In this document: in pieces, positions 21,102 to 31,128 of the stretch
Numbering within the stretch: position 1 is the stretch's first letter
Layout: the number at the start of each line of letters is the position of its first letter
Assembly (NCBI GenBank): GCA_964461135.1
Contig: CAYWTB010000017.1
Coordinates: forward strand, 5,459 to 69,458
DNA from: an uncultured Caldithrix sp.
Lineage (GTDB): Bacteria > Calditrichota > Calditrichia > RBG-13-44-9
Direction: 5' to 3'
DNA length: 64,000 nucleotides
Notes under the pieces: generated by a model
The model's database searches: none
What the model was told of the DNA's origin: nothing
What the model saw: the letters and a program-made list of their open reading frames with translations, nothing else
Translations under genes and position numbers: made by a program

Positions 21102-22512
21102 ACACCAAATTAAATCTTTTCTCAAATTTACTTCAGTTAATATTTTAAGAAATGCTTTAGGTTTAATTAGATCTAAAGTAATTGCTATTTGGTACGGTGG
21201 TCTGGGTGTTGGGATATTGGGTCAATATGTATCATTCTTTAATCTGCAATCAAAGATTTTATTATTTGGAGCAACAGCTAGCATTATTAATTCTCATAAT
21301 AAGGCGATTAGAGAAAGCTGGAATAAACAGCTCGTTCTTTTATATCATTTATTAATAATTTTAGTAACAAACATTTTAGGTGGTTTATTCTTAATTTTAT
21401 TCTCCAATAAAATTTCAACCTTGATTTTTGATGGATTAGTTGATAACAATTTTGTTTTTTTAATGGTTTTAGTCGGATTAATCTACTCAGCTGGGATGTA
21501 TTTAGAATTATTGGTACAGGCTAGAAAAGAGTTTTCAAAATTATTTAAAGGACAAGTCTACTCTTCAATATTTGCAATTTTAACACTAATTCCGATAATT
21601 TTTATATTTGGCATTAAGGGTATTTTATATAATTTTATAATATTTTATTTAATAAGTTTTCTTTTTTTTTTAAGTACATCCGCACTTGATATTCATGAAC
21701 TTTCCAGAAATCACGTTCAATTAAATATTAAAATATTAAAATATATATTAAAGGTTTCTTTAATTGATATTGCTAGATCGATTTTAGTGATTGGTTCACT
21801 ATTAGTTGGGAGAATTTTCATAGTTAAAATAATTGGAATACAAAAAACAGGTTATTTACAATCCATTCTTAGTATTACCAATTATATAAATGTTCTATCA
21901 ATGGGTTTTATGATATATTATTTTCCAACAATAAGTTCAAAATTAAAAACAGATGATTTTTCAAATGAATTTAATTCTGGTTTTAAACTACTTATTTATT
22001 TTGTATTTCCTTTTATTATTTTAATTTATTTATTCCCTGATATCTTTATAAAATTATTATATACAAAAGAGTTCTTAATAGTAAAAAATTTTTTACCCAT
22101 ATTAATGATTAGTAAAGTGATAGAAATATACAATTATTTTTATGGTATAAATTTTTTAGGAACAAATAGATTAGGAAATTTTATTTTATTAGATGGTCTT
22201 AAATCAATTATTTTTCTTTTATTATTAGCAATTTTATTGTCTAAATTTCAAATAATAGGAATTGTATATTCTTTTCTTGGCGCTGAAATTACAGCCTTCT
22301 TATCTCTAAAAATAATCTTAAAAAAGATCACTCAACTTCAATTAAAAAGGGAAAATAATATCTTGTATTATAAAATTCTATTACTATTAATTTTATTAAA
22401 TTTCCTTGATATTAATATTTTCCTTAAAATTCTTATATCCTTATCGTATTCCATTTTGCTTCTCGATCTAAAAACTTATTTTGAATTAATTTCAATATTT
22501 AGAAAAAAATAA
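21088..22512 (+). CDS. wzx: Wzx flippase (MOP/polysaccharide biosynthesis protein family)
   Basis: 474 aa, about 12-14 TM helices. N-terminal KFTSVNILRNALGLIRSKVIAIWYGGLGVGILGQY is typical of Wzx. Confidence 0.7.
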   Translation: MSITEHQIKSFLKFTSVNILRNALGLIRSKVIAIWYGGLGVGILGQYVSFFNLQSKILLFGATASIINSHNKAIRESWNKQLVLLYHLLIILVTNILGGLFLILFSNKISTLIFDGLVDNNFVFLMVLVGLIYSAGMYLELLVQARKEFSKLFKGQVYSSIFAILTLIPIIFIFGIKGILYNFIIFYLISFLFFLSTSALDIHELSRNHVQLNIKILKYILKVSLIDIARSILVIGSLLVGRIFIVKIIGIQKTGYLQSILSITNYINVLSMGFMIYYFPTISSKLKTDDFSNEFNSGFKLLIYFVFPFIILIYLFPDIFIKLLYTKEFLIVKNFLPILMISKVIEIYNYFYGINFLGTNRLGNFILLDGLKSIIFLLLLAILLSKFQIIGIVYSFLGAEITAFLSLKIILKKITQLQLKRENNILYYKILLLLILLNFLDINIFLKILISLSYSILLLDLKTYFELISIFRKK

Positions 22513-22518
22513 GAATAA

Positions 22519-23682
22519 ATGAATATTCTACTTATCAGTTTTGAATTTCCCCCACAGCCTGGTGGCATAGGGACATATAGTTATCAGATTGCAAAAAATC
22601 TACATTATCTTAATAACAATATAACAGCTTTAGTTAATACAAATTTAATGTCTAGAGACGAGGTTGAAAAATTTGACAATTTCCAGGAATTCAACATTAT
22701 AAGATTTAAAAATTATAAGAATAAAGTTTTTAAAATTATACACAGAATATTCTTTTCATGCAAAGTCTTTGAATCTAAAAAATATGATTTAATTTTTATT
22801 ACTTATTCTCATGCTGGTATTATTGGAATAATTGGGAAATATTTATATAAAATTCCATACATTATGATGGGTCATGGTTCCGAATTTTTATATAAAAATA
22901 GATATTTGAATTTTTTTATTAGGTTATTTTTTAACTGTTCTGATTTAATTTTTGCAAATTCTAAATTCACAGCAGACTTAATGAGAAATAGAGGTATAAT
23001 TAATAAAAATTTGAAGGTTATTCCATTAGGAGCCGATGAAAAACTTTATGATAAAAATAGATATAATCCCGATTTGTTAAAGAAGAAATACGGTTTTGAG
23101 AAAAGACAAATCATTTTAACAGTGGGAAATCTATCGATAAGAAAGGGGCATAAGTATGTTATTGAGGCAGTACAGATCTTAAAAGATGATTTTCCAAATA
23201 TTCTTTATTTAATTATTGGGAGGGGAAAAGAAAGAGAATATTTAGAGAGCTTAATCGAAAAATATAATTTACATGATTATGTTAAAATAATTGGATTTGT
23301 ATCCACAGAATTGCTTCCAGAATATTATGCATTGTGCGACTTTTTCATTTTGAATAGTACTAAAGCACCAAATGGGGATGTTGAAGGTTTTGGCATTGTG
23401 CTTGTTGAAAGCGGTTTGATGGGTAAACCGGTAATTGGAACAAAGGGTTGTGGTATAGTTGAAATTATAGAACATAACAAAACTGGTTTATTAATAGAAA
23501 AGGATAGCATAAAAGATACCACTTCTGCTATTAGGGTCTTATTAAAAGATGTAAAACTCAGAAAATCATTTGGCCAAAATTTCTATTTAAAGGCTATAAA
23601 AACACTGACATGGAAAGCTGTGGCTCATAACACAAACAATGAAATTAATTCATATTTTGCTAAATATTCCACAAAAAATTAG
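22519..23682 (+). CDS. Glycosyltransferase family 4 (GT-B)
   Basis: MNILLISFEFPPQPGGIGTY… N-terminus. C-terminal EGFGIVLVESGLMGKPVIGT motif (glycos_transf_1). Confidence 0.82.
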   Translation: MNILLISFEFPPQPGGIGTYSYQIAKNLHYLNNNITALVNTNLMSRDEVEKFDNFQEFNIIRFKNYKNKVFKIIHRIFFSCKVFESKKYDLIFITYSHAGIIGIIGKYLYKIPYIMMGHGSEFLYKNRYLNFFIRLFFNCSDLIFANSKFTADLMRNRGIINKNLKVIPLGADEKLYDKNRYNPDLLKKKYGFEKRQIILTVGNLSIRKGHKYVIEAVQILKDDFPNILYLIIGRGKEREYLESLIEKYNLHDYVKIIGFVSTELLPEYYALCDFFILNSTKAPNGDVEGFGIVLVESGLMGKPVIGTKGCGIVEIIEHNKTGLLIEKDSIKDTTSAIRVLLKDVKLRKSFGQNFYLKAIKTLTWKAVAHNTNNEINSYFAKYSTKN

Positions 23683-23689
23683 TAGTGCA

Positions 23690-25945
23690 ATGCCCTTCAA
23701 AATTTTATTTTTTGCTAATACTTCATTCATCGGTGGCGCCGAACGAAATATTTTAGATCTTGCGAATAAATTAAATGAAAAAGGTCATGATATATCTATT
23801 GCAAGCTTAGAAAGAGGCGGTCCTTTATTAAAAATGGCAAAGATTAATGGAATCAGGACATTTGATCCTGATTTCAAATATTATTTTAGCCTTTCTTATA
23901 TAAAGAATATATATTCTTTTTTAAAATTAAATAATTTTGACTTTATTTTTATATATGGTCTAAAATTAAAAGTTATTCTAATACCTTTAGCCTTTTATCA
24001 TAGAAAACTGGTAATTATTTCTATGATCTTAGGACTTGATGTTTGGAAAAAGAATGTTCGTATAATTGTAGAAAAAATATTGATACCTTTCACCTCATTT
24101 TGGATCTCAAACTCCATTGCAGCAAAAGAAAATTCCATTAGAAGGGAAGGTACACCCCAGGATCTTATTTATGTAATTTACAACGGATTACCTATAAATT
24201 GTGGTATTAAAAATAAAACAAAAAAAAAGGAAAAGAGAAAAGATTTTAAAATCATAACTCTAGCAAATATTCAAAAAAACAAGGGGCATTACTTCTTTTT
24301 GAAAGTTATAAAAAAGGTAATAGAAATTGATCCGAATATAACTTTTAATTTTATTGGTAAAGATTTTACAAATGGTGAGATTCAGAAAGAAATTAAACGG
24401 TTTCAATTAGAAAATAATGTTTCTTTATCCGGATTTATTTTTGATGTGCGATCTTATATACATAATTATGATCTAATGGTTTTACCTTCATTTTCTGAAA
24501 GTCTTCCAACTTCTATTATTGAATGTATGCTTGAAGGAGTACCTGTACTTGCAACAAGAGTAGGTGGTATTCCTGAAATTATTAAAAATGAAAAAACAGG
24601 ATGGCTTGTAGAAGCAGGTGATGAAGAATCCTTTATAAAGAAAATTATTACCATAAAATACAACGAGAAAAAAAGAAATGAAATTTCAAATAATGCTTAT
24701 TTATATGCAATTAATAAATTTAATATTGACAAAATATCTACTGATTACGAAAGATTATTGCAATTATATATTCCAAAAAAGGACGCGTCCAAGAACAAAT
24801 TCAGAATTATGAGGGTTCAATCCCGAATTGTAGTAGGTGGACCGGCCCTGCACACCATTCTGCTCTCCCGGGCTTTGAATAATGATCGCTTCCAGACGGT
24901 GCTGGTGGGTGGTGCTAACAAATCTTCAGAAAAAAGCCTAGTAAAGGCTGCCAGGAATCAAAATATCAGATGTTTTATAATTCCTGAAATGGCCAGGGAA
25001 ATTCATTTCTATGATGACATTATTTCTTTTATTAAACTTTATCGGCTAATCAAAAGAGTGAAACCTGATATTTTTCACTCCCATACCTCGAAAGGTGGGG
25101 CCATTGGACGGTTGGCTGCCTATTTGGCCGGGGTTCCGATAATTTTTCATACATTCCATGGCCATATATTTGAAGGTTATTTCGGAAGAACGAAGAGCAT
25201 TGTCTTTATATGGCTTGAAAAATTACTGGCCAGAATATCAACCAATATTATTGTGATCAGTGAAAGTCAAAAAAAAGACATTGTAAAAAAATACAGAATA
25301 AATTCTAACCACAAGACCAAATTGATCCCGCTGGGATTCGAATGGTCAGGTTTCTTTCACGAAGACAAAAATGTGAATTTCCGTAAACAATTCAATTTAC
25401 CGGAAAATAAGTTCCTGATTGGCAGTATCGGACGGATAGTACCCATCAAAGATCATGCACTATTTATTAAAATTGCCCACCAATTAATTCAAAAGCATCC
25501 ATCAAAATTTCATTTTGTCATTATCGGTGATGGTGAACTTCGTGAAGAAATGGAAACAGACCTGGAGTTAAAAGGTATCCGAAATTATTTTACTTTCACG
25601 GGATGGTGGAATACTAATGTAAATATCTATCAAAACCTCGATCTTCTGCTGCTTACTTCCCAAAATGAAGGTACACCTGTTGCTGTAATAGAAGCCCTGG
25701 CCTCCGGAACGCCGGTAATCGCCTCAGCTGTAGGAGGTGTGCTGGACGTCATGTCCAAATATTGTCGGGAATTTGCTGTTGCCGACAGAGATCCAGCAAA
25801 ATATGTAGTGATGATCGAAAAACTTTATAATTCCAGGGTCACTGTGCCTGCAGAGACCAGTCGGTTTATCAGAAATTATTACAGTTCCGAGAGACTGATC
25901 CGCGATATGAAAGAGCTGTACCTCCAAAGAATTAACGACTCCTGA
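23690..25945 (+). CDS. Two-domain GT4-GT4 fusion glycosyltransferase
   Basis: Continuous 768-codon ORF (23639..25945; probable ATG at 23690). Residues 1 to about 385 form a complete GT4 (…SESLPTSIIECMLEGVPVLATRVGGIPEI…). Residues from about 391 (MRVQSRIVVGGPALH…) form a second complete GT4 (…EGTPVAVIEALASGTPVIAS…). Base composition switches from AT-rich to GC-normal at about 24780. Confidence 0.75.
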   Translation: MPFKILFFANTSFIGGAERNILDLANKLNEKGHDISIASLERGGPLLKMAKINGIRTFDPDFKYYFSLSYIKNIYSFLKLNNFDFIFIYGLKLKVILIPLAFYHRKLVIISMILGLDVWKKNVRIIVEKILIPFTSFWISNSIAAKENSIRREGTPQDLIYVIYNGLPINCGIKNKTKKKEKRKDFKIITLANIQKNKGHYFFLKVIKKVIEIDPNITFNFIGKDFTNGEIQKEIKRFQLENNVSLSGFIFDVRSYIHNYDLMVLPSFSESLPTSIIECMLEGVPVLATRVGGIPEIIKNEKTGWLVEAGDEESFIKKIITIKYNEKKRNEISNNAYLYAINKFNIDKISTDYERLLQLYIPKKDASKNKFRIMRVQSRIVVGGPALHTILLSRALNNDRFQTVLVGGANKSSEKSLVKAARNQNIRCFIIPEMAREIHFYDDIISFIKLYRLIKRVKPDIFHSHTSKGGAIGRLAAYLAGVPIIFHTFHGHIFEGYFGRTKSIVFIWLEKLLARISTNIIVISESQKKDIVKKYRINSNHKTKLIPLGFEWSGFFHEDKNVNFRKQFNLPENKFLIGSIGRIVPIKDHALFIKIAHQLIQKHPSKFHFVIIGDGELREEMETDLELKGIRNYFTFTGWWNTNVNIYQNLDLLLLTSQNEGTPVAVIEALASGTPVIASAVGGVLDVMSKYCREFAVADRDPAKYVVMIEKLYNSRVTVPAETSRFIRNYYSSERLIRDMKELYLQRINDS

Positions 25946-26058
25946 TATGAAAATCCACAAATCAATCTCATAAATTACTGAATTTTAATCCATTAATTTT
26001 TAACCGATTTGAATTTTTTTTAGACTAAAAGATTTTATGTAAAAATTGCGAGAAAAGT

Positions 26059-27948
26059 ATGTGTGGTATCAATGGAATATTATCCCAAAAAAGTATTAAT
26101 CACAAAGAAATTCTGCTTATGAATCAAAAAATTAATCATCGTGGCCCGGATGATGAAGGGACCTTCAAACACCAAAACATATTACTGGGTTCACGACGAT
26201 TATCTATCATCGATTTACAGGATGGTCATCAACCGATTTTCAATGAGGATAAAACTCTGGTTATTGTATTCAACGGAGAGATATATAATTATAGGGATTT
26301 ACGCAAAAATTTAATTGATAAAGGTCACCATTTTAAAACGCATTCGGATACGGAGGTTATTCTCCACCTGTATGAAGAAAAAGGAGCAGCCTGTCTGCAT
26401 AAATTGAATGGAATGTTTGCTTTTGCTATTTATGATATCAGAAATAAAGAATTGTTCCTGGCCAGAGACCGTCTGGGCAAAAAACCATTGTTTTACTGGA
26501 AGGATCAGGACCAATTTGTATTTAGTTCAGAATTAAAAGCCATTCTTCATGCCTTCCCTCTCAAGCGGTCTATCTCTGTTGAAGCACTTGAACTCTATTT
26601 CGCATTGACCTTCATACCTGCTCCCTTCACAATCTTTGAGGACATCTTTAAATTAGAAGCCGGCCATTACATGAAAATAAGTGCTGATCTCCAATATGAT
26701 ATTAGTCAATACTGGAAGATTGATGGCGACGATTCCGAATCCTCTAACTCTTTAAATTTGGGAAACCATAAGAAAAAAATCATAGAATTACTCTCTGATG
26801 CGGTTGAATTGAGGATGATATCAGATGTGCCGTTAGGAGCGTTTTTAAGCGGAGGAATAGATTCTTCGATTATTGTGGGATTAATGAGTGAAATCTCCGG
26901 AAAGAAAATTCAGACCTTTACTATCGGAAATAAAGAAAAGTCATACGATGAATCAGCAAAAGCTGAATTTGTGGCAAAATATTTTAAAACGGATCATCAT
27001 ACTTTTATCATACAAGATGATGATTATTTATCAATTTTAGATCGGGCGATAAATGATTTTGATGAACCTTTTGCAGATTCTTCAGCTCTGCCAACCTACC
27101 TTGTATCAGAATTTGCCCGCCAGCAGGTAAAAGTAATATTAACCGGGGACGGAGGAGATGAAGTTTTTGCAGGCTATAACCGCTACCTTGTATTTAAGTA
27201 TCTTGAAAAATATATGCTGCTACCCTTGATAGTAAGGAACTACATTATCAGACCAATATTCAATAATTTGCCGGTTTCCAGTAAATATAGAAAATTTGTT
27301 AAAGTTAAAAAGATTGTTAATAATGAAGGAAAAAATATTTTTGATCAATATCATGCCATGCAGCGTCTGGGATTTTCGGAAAGAGACCTGGCTGATATTT
27401 TGTTGGATAATAATAAATCAGATTACACAAGGTCCTTCGTATATGAAAAATATAATATGATTAATTATGCTTCAAACCTGAATAAGATTTTACAAACTGA
27501 TCTTACGATAGGCCTGGAAGGTGATATGCTGGTAAAGGTAGACAGGATGTCCATGCTGAATTCTCTGGAAGCCAGATGTCCTTTTTTGGATTACCGTTTA
27601 GTGGAATATTCTTTTAAAATTCCTGCCGAATTAAAATTATACCATGGTCAATTAAAATACTTGTTGAAAGAGTGTTTCAGAGAAAAAATCCCGCCTGGGA
27701 TTTTAGCTGCGCCTAAACAGGGTTTTGAAATACCAATCGGAAATTTTATCAGCAATCAATTACAGCCTAAAATCCAAAATTTTTTAAAGTCCGATCTCTT
27801 AAATACTTTAAGATTGGTTGATTTAAATAAAATAACAAAAATCAATCAGAAACATCTGTTAGGAATTGATAAATCTTTTCAGCTATGGACCTTTTTTGTT
27901 TTCGCTAATTGGGTGGAAAATTTCCAGAATTTTATCGAAATAAAATAA
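26059..27948 (+). CDS. asnB: Asparagine synthase (glutamine-hydrolysing)-family amidotransferase (AsnB/WbpS-like)
   Basis: MCGI N-terminal nucleophile Cys2. GATase-II domain and SGGIDSS PP-loop ATP pyrophosphatase motif. 629 aa. Confidence 0.88.
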   Translation: MCGINGILSQKSINHKEILLMNQKINHRGPDDEGTFKHQNILLGSRRLSIIDLQDGHQPIFNEDKTLVIVFNGEIYNYRDLRKNLIDKGHHFKTHSDTEVILHLYEEKGAACLHKLNGMFAFAIYDIRNKELFLARDRLGKKPLFYWKDQDQFVFSSELKAILHAFPLKRSISVEALELYFALTFIPAPFTIFEDIFKLEAGHYMKISADLQYDISQYWKIDGDDSESSNSLNLGNHKKKIIELLSDAVELRMISDVPLGAFLSGGIDSSIIVGLMSEISGKKIQTFTIGNKEKSYDESAKAEFVAKYFKTDHHTFIIQDDDYLSILDRAINDFDEPFADSSALPTYLVSEFARQQVKVILTGDGGDEVFAGYNRYLVFKYLEKYMLLPLIVRNYIIRPIFNNLPVSSKYRKFVKVKKIVNNEGKNIFDQYHAMQRLGFSERDLADILLDNNKSDYTRSFVYEKYNMINYASNLNKILQTDLTIGLEGDMLVKVDRMSMLNSLEARCPFLDYRLVEYSFKIPAELKLYHGQLKYLLKECFREKIPPGILAAPKQGFEIPIGNFISNQLQPKIQNFLKSDLLNTLRLVDLNKITKINQKHLLGIDKSFQLWTFFVFANWVENFQNFIEIK

Positions 27949-28243
27949 TATAGCATGCAATTATAATCTTTGTACTGTTGTCTCATTGTTCACAAATAAT
28001 ATGTCGCAGAATACTCTAATAAAATTATCTGGAAAATTTTAATTTTGAGCAGTACTGAAATAACCGGATATAAAACGAAAACTTATCTTTCAATAAATTA
28101 AGAATCCGTTCTGATTATGATTTATTCTCTGATTTTTAGTTTGGGTTATTTTTTAAAAAAACCGTTATCATTAAAATAATTATCACTTTTCGCAAGATAT
28201 ATCTGGTCATAAATTACACTCCGTACTTAAACATCTATACAAA

Positions 28244-29359
28244 ATGCATATACCTTTTGTTGATCTTAAACAACAATACCTTTCAATTCAGCGGGAAATA
28301 AAGCAGGAACTGGAAAACGTCTGCCAGAATGCCAGCTTCGTACTGGGGCCTTTTGTCAGGACTTTTGAGGAAAATTTTTCAAAATTTATAGGGATTAAAC
28401 ATACCATCGGCCTGAATTCCGGCACCTCCGCGGTTCAGTTGGCGGTGCAATCTTTCATTTCACCCGGTGATGAAGTAATTACGGTCCCCAATACGTTTAT
28501 CGCCACTACCGAAGCCATTACCGCCGCCGGGGGCAAAGTAGTTTTTGTGGATATTGAAGGAGAATCCTTCAATATGGATCCGGCAAAACTGGAATCTGCG
28601 ATTACACCCAGAACGAAAGTCATTGTCCCGGTCCATCTCTTCGGTCAACCGGCCGACATGGATCCGATCCTGGAAATCGCCCACAAACATAAAGTATTTG
28701 TGGTTGAAGATGCTGCCCAGGCCCATGGTGCGGAATACAATGGGAGAAAAGCAGGAAGTCTTGGTACGGCCGCGGCATTTTCGTTTTATCCCGGAAAAAA
28801 TCTGGGTGCCTATGGCGAGGGAGGCGCCATTACAACCAATTCAGATGATATTGCCGGCTTCGTTAAAATGTACCGAGACCATGGCTCCCGGGAAAAATAT
28901 ATACACGAGTTTGAAGGGCATAATATGCGCATGGAAGGATTTCAGGGTGCGATCCTGTCCGTTAAGCTGAAATATTTGGAAAAATGGAATAATGCCCGTC
29001 GCAATCATGCCAGGCTGTATAATAAATTATTAAGAGATGATCCTTCCGTAATCACGCCCTTAGAAATGAGTTATGCAAAGCATGTGTATCATCTGTATGT
29101 AATCCGGGTGCCAGACCGCGAAAAATTGCAGCAGTACCTGAATGAAAATGGAATTAGTTCCGGATTCCATTATAAATATCCCCTGCATTTACAGAAAGCT
29201 TATCAGTACCTGGGGCATATGCAAGGTGATTTCCCGGTTACGGAAAAGGTGATGAATGAAATTATCTCCTTACCCATGTACCCGGAATTAACTGAAGATC
29301 AGATTGAGTATGTTGTGCATCATGTAAAAAAATTTCATAAAATCAACAATTGCTCCTGA
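28244..29359 (+). CDS. DegT/DnrJ/EryC1/StrS-family PLP-dependent sugar aminotransferase (WbpE-like)
   Basis: MHIPFVDLKQQY…GTSAVQLAV… is the typical family N-terminus. Has a conserved Lys region (SFYPGKNLGAYGEGG). Confidence 0.88.
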   Translation: MHIPFVDLKQQYLSIQREIKQELENVCQNASFVLGPFVRTFEENFSKFIGIKHTIGLNSGTSAVQLAVQSFISPGDEVITVPNTFIATTEAITAAGGKVVFVDIEGESFNMDPAKLESAITPRTKVIVPVHLFGQPADMDPILEIAHKHKVFVVEDAAQAHGAEYNGRKAGSLGTAAAFSFYPGKNLGAYGEGGAITTNSDDIAGFVKMYRDHGSREKYIHEFEGHNMRMEGFQGAILSVKLKYLEKWNNARRNHARLYNKLLRDDPSVITPLEMSYAKHVYHLYVIRVPDREKLQQYLNENGISSGFHYKYPLHLQKAYQYLGHMQGDFPVTEKVMNEIISLPMYPELTEDQIEYVVHHVKKFHKINNCS

Positions 29360-29383
29360 CGATTTAAATTAAGAGGCTTTTAC

Positions 29384-30391
29384 ATGATAAACCTTGGTGT
29401 AATTGGGGTAGGGTATTGGGGACCTAATATTATTCGGAATGCCGTATTAAATAAACGATTTAAGATGAGTTGCTGCGCGGATTCAAAACCGGAAAGGCTA
29501 GATTATATTAGCGCTCTATATCCCACAATTAAAACTTCACCAAATTATAAAGAGATTATCGACGATTCGTCCATTGATGCGGTGGCGATATGTACCCCGG
29601 TTTTCACCCATTTTGAGATTGCTTCGGCCGTTCTGCAGGCGGGAAAGCATATTCTAATTGAAAAACCTATGACAGGAACCTCAGCGGAAGCGCAGCAGTT
29701 GCTTGAATTAGCTGAGAAAAATAAATTAAAGATATTGGTGGATCATACCTTTCTGTTTACCGGAGCAGTACGCAAGATTAAAGAAACTATTAAAAGCGGA
29801 GAAATCGGGGATATTTATTACTTCGATTCGGTACGAGTGAACCTGGGACTATTCCAGCATGATGTCAATGTGGTATGGGATCTGGCACCACATGATATAG
29901 CTGTCATGGATCATCTCATTGACAGGAAGGCGGAAAGTATTGTGGCAACAGGTTCGGATCACCTCGGCAATGGCCTTGAGGATGTTGCCTTTGTTACCGT
30001 TTTTTATCCGGATAATATCATTGCCCACATTCATGTGAATTGGTTATCACCGGTTAAGATCAGACAGACCCAGATCAGCGGAACCAAAAAAATGATTGTG
30101 TGGGATGACAATTCCCCCAGTGAAAAGGTTAAAATTTATGATAAAGGAATAGAAGTCATACAGACTGCCGACCAGGTTTATAATACGCTTGTGCAATACC
30201 GCACGGGGGATATGTACTGTCCGAAAATCCCGCAGAGTGAAGCTCTGGCGGTTGAGATGGATCATTTTGCCGATTGTATTGAGAAGAACATTACACCAAT
30301 ATCTGATGGATATTCCGGATGGCGGGTGGTGCAAATACTGGAATCATCCGAGAAATCGATCAAACACAGAGGCAGGGAAATCAGATTATGA
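29384..30391 (+). CDS. Gfo/Idh/MocA-family sugar-nucleotide dehydrogenase (WbpB/GnnA-like)
   Basis: Rossmann motif GVIGVGYWG, the EKP motif (ILIEKPMT) and 335 aa. Sits immediately between the aminotransferase and the acetyltransferase. Confidence 0.85.
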   Translation: MINLGVIGVGYWGPNIIRNAVLNKRFKMSCCADSKPERLDYISALYPTIKTSPNYKEIIDDSSIDAVAICTPVFTHFEIASAVLQAGKHILIEKPMTGTSAEAQQLLELAEKNKLKILVDHTFLFTGAVRKIKETIKSGEIGDIYYFDSVRVNLGLFQHDVNVVWDLAPHDIAVMDHLIDRKAESIVATGSDHLGNGLEDVAFVTVFYPDNIIAHIHVNWLSPVKIRQTQISGTKKMIVWDDNSPSEKVKIYDKGIEVIQTADQVYNTLVQYRTGDMYCPKIPQSEALAVEMDHFADCIEKNITPISDGYSGWRVVQILESSEKSIKHRGREIRL

Positions 30392-30855
30392 AATTTATCA
30401 GCATCAGCGATGACGTTGAACTCGGTCAGGGTGTTAAAATTTATAATTTTGTGAACCTGTATGGATGTAAAATAGGGGACAATACCAAGATCGGAACTTT
30501 TGTGGAAATACAGAAGGGGGCCACCGTGGGTAAAAATTGCAAAATATCCAGCCATACCTTCATCTGTGAGGGGGTTCATATTGAAGATAACTGCTTTATC
30601 GGGCACAATGTGACTTTTATAAATGATAAATACCCCCGCTCCACCAATGAAGATGGCCGCATGCAAACGGAGGAGGATTGGCAGTGTGTGCCAACCTTTG
30701 TGCGACGGGGAGCCAGCATCGGCAGTAGTGCCACCATACTCTGTGGTGTAACCATCGGGGAGAATGCCATTGTGGGTGCGGGAGCAGTCGTAACCAAAGA
30801 TGTTCCCCCTAATATCACCGTGACAGGAGTACCCGCCAGGACTATTAAAGGCTAG
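30388..30855 (+). CDS. Hexapeptide-repeat (left-handed beta-helix) sugar N-acetyltransferase (WbpD-like)
   Basis: ATG at 30388 overlaps the upstream stop (ATGA). Has repeated [LIV]G-x4 hexapeptides (IGDNTKIGTFVEIQKGATVGKNCKI…). 155 aa. Confidence 0.8.
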   Translation: MKFISISDDVELGQGVKIYNFVNLYGCKIGDNTKIGTFVEIQKGATVGKNCKISSHTFICEGVHIEDNCFIGHNVTFINDKYPRSTNEDGRMQTEEDWQCVPTFVRRGASIGSSATILCGVTIGENAIVGAGAVVTKDVPPNITVTGVPARTIKG

Positions 30856-30927
30856 CTTTCGGTTATGTATTTAATTCACCTGCCCGTCACTTCGGTCAAT
30901 TCAGTTTCGATGGCAGTTTCACATTAA

Positions 30928-30956
30928 AGGGGAGATCCAAATTATCCCCTTTTTTT
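30928..30956 (+). terminator. Possible rho-independent terminator
   Basis: AGGGGAgatccaaattaTCCCCT followed by TTTTTT. Confidence 0.5.
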
Positions 30957-31128
30957 CATGAATGAACAATTAACACATATCTGATGGTCTTTATTTCGAG
31001 TAATACAATTTTCGGATAGTGGTCCAACCATATCACGGAAAATAAGGACATTCTTCTTGTTTGATTCATAATCCCTCTTTAAATTTAACTTTCGTAAATA
31101 TAAGATTTGACTGAATTTCACCGTATCA

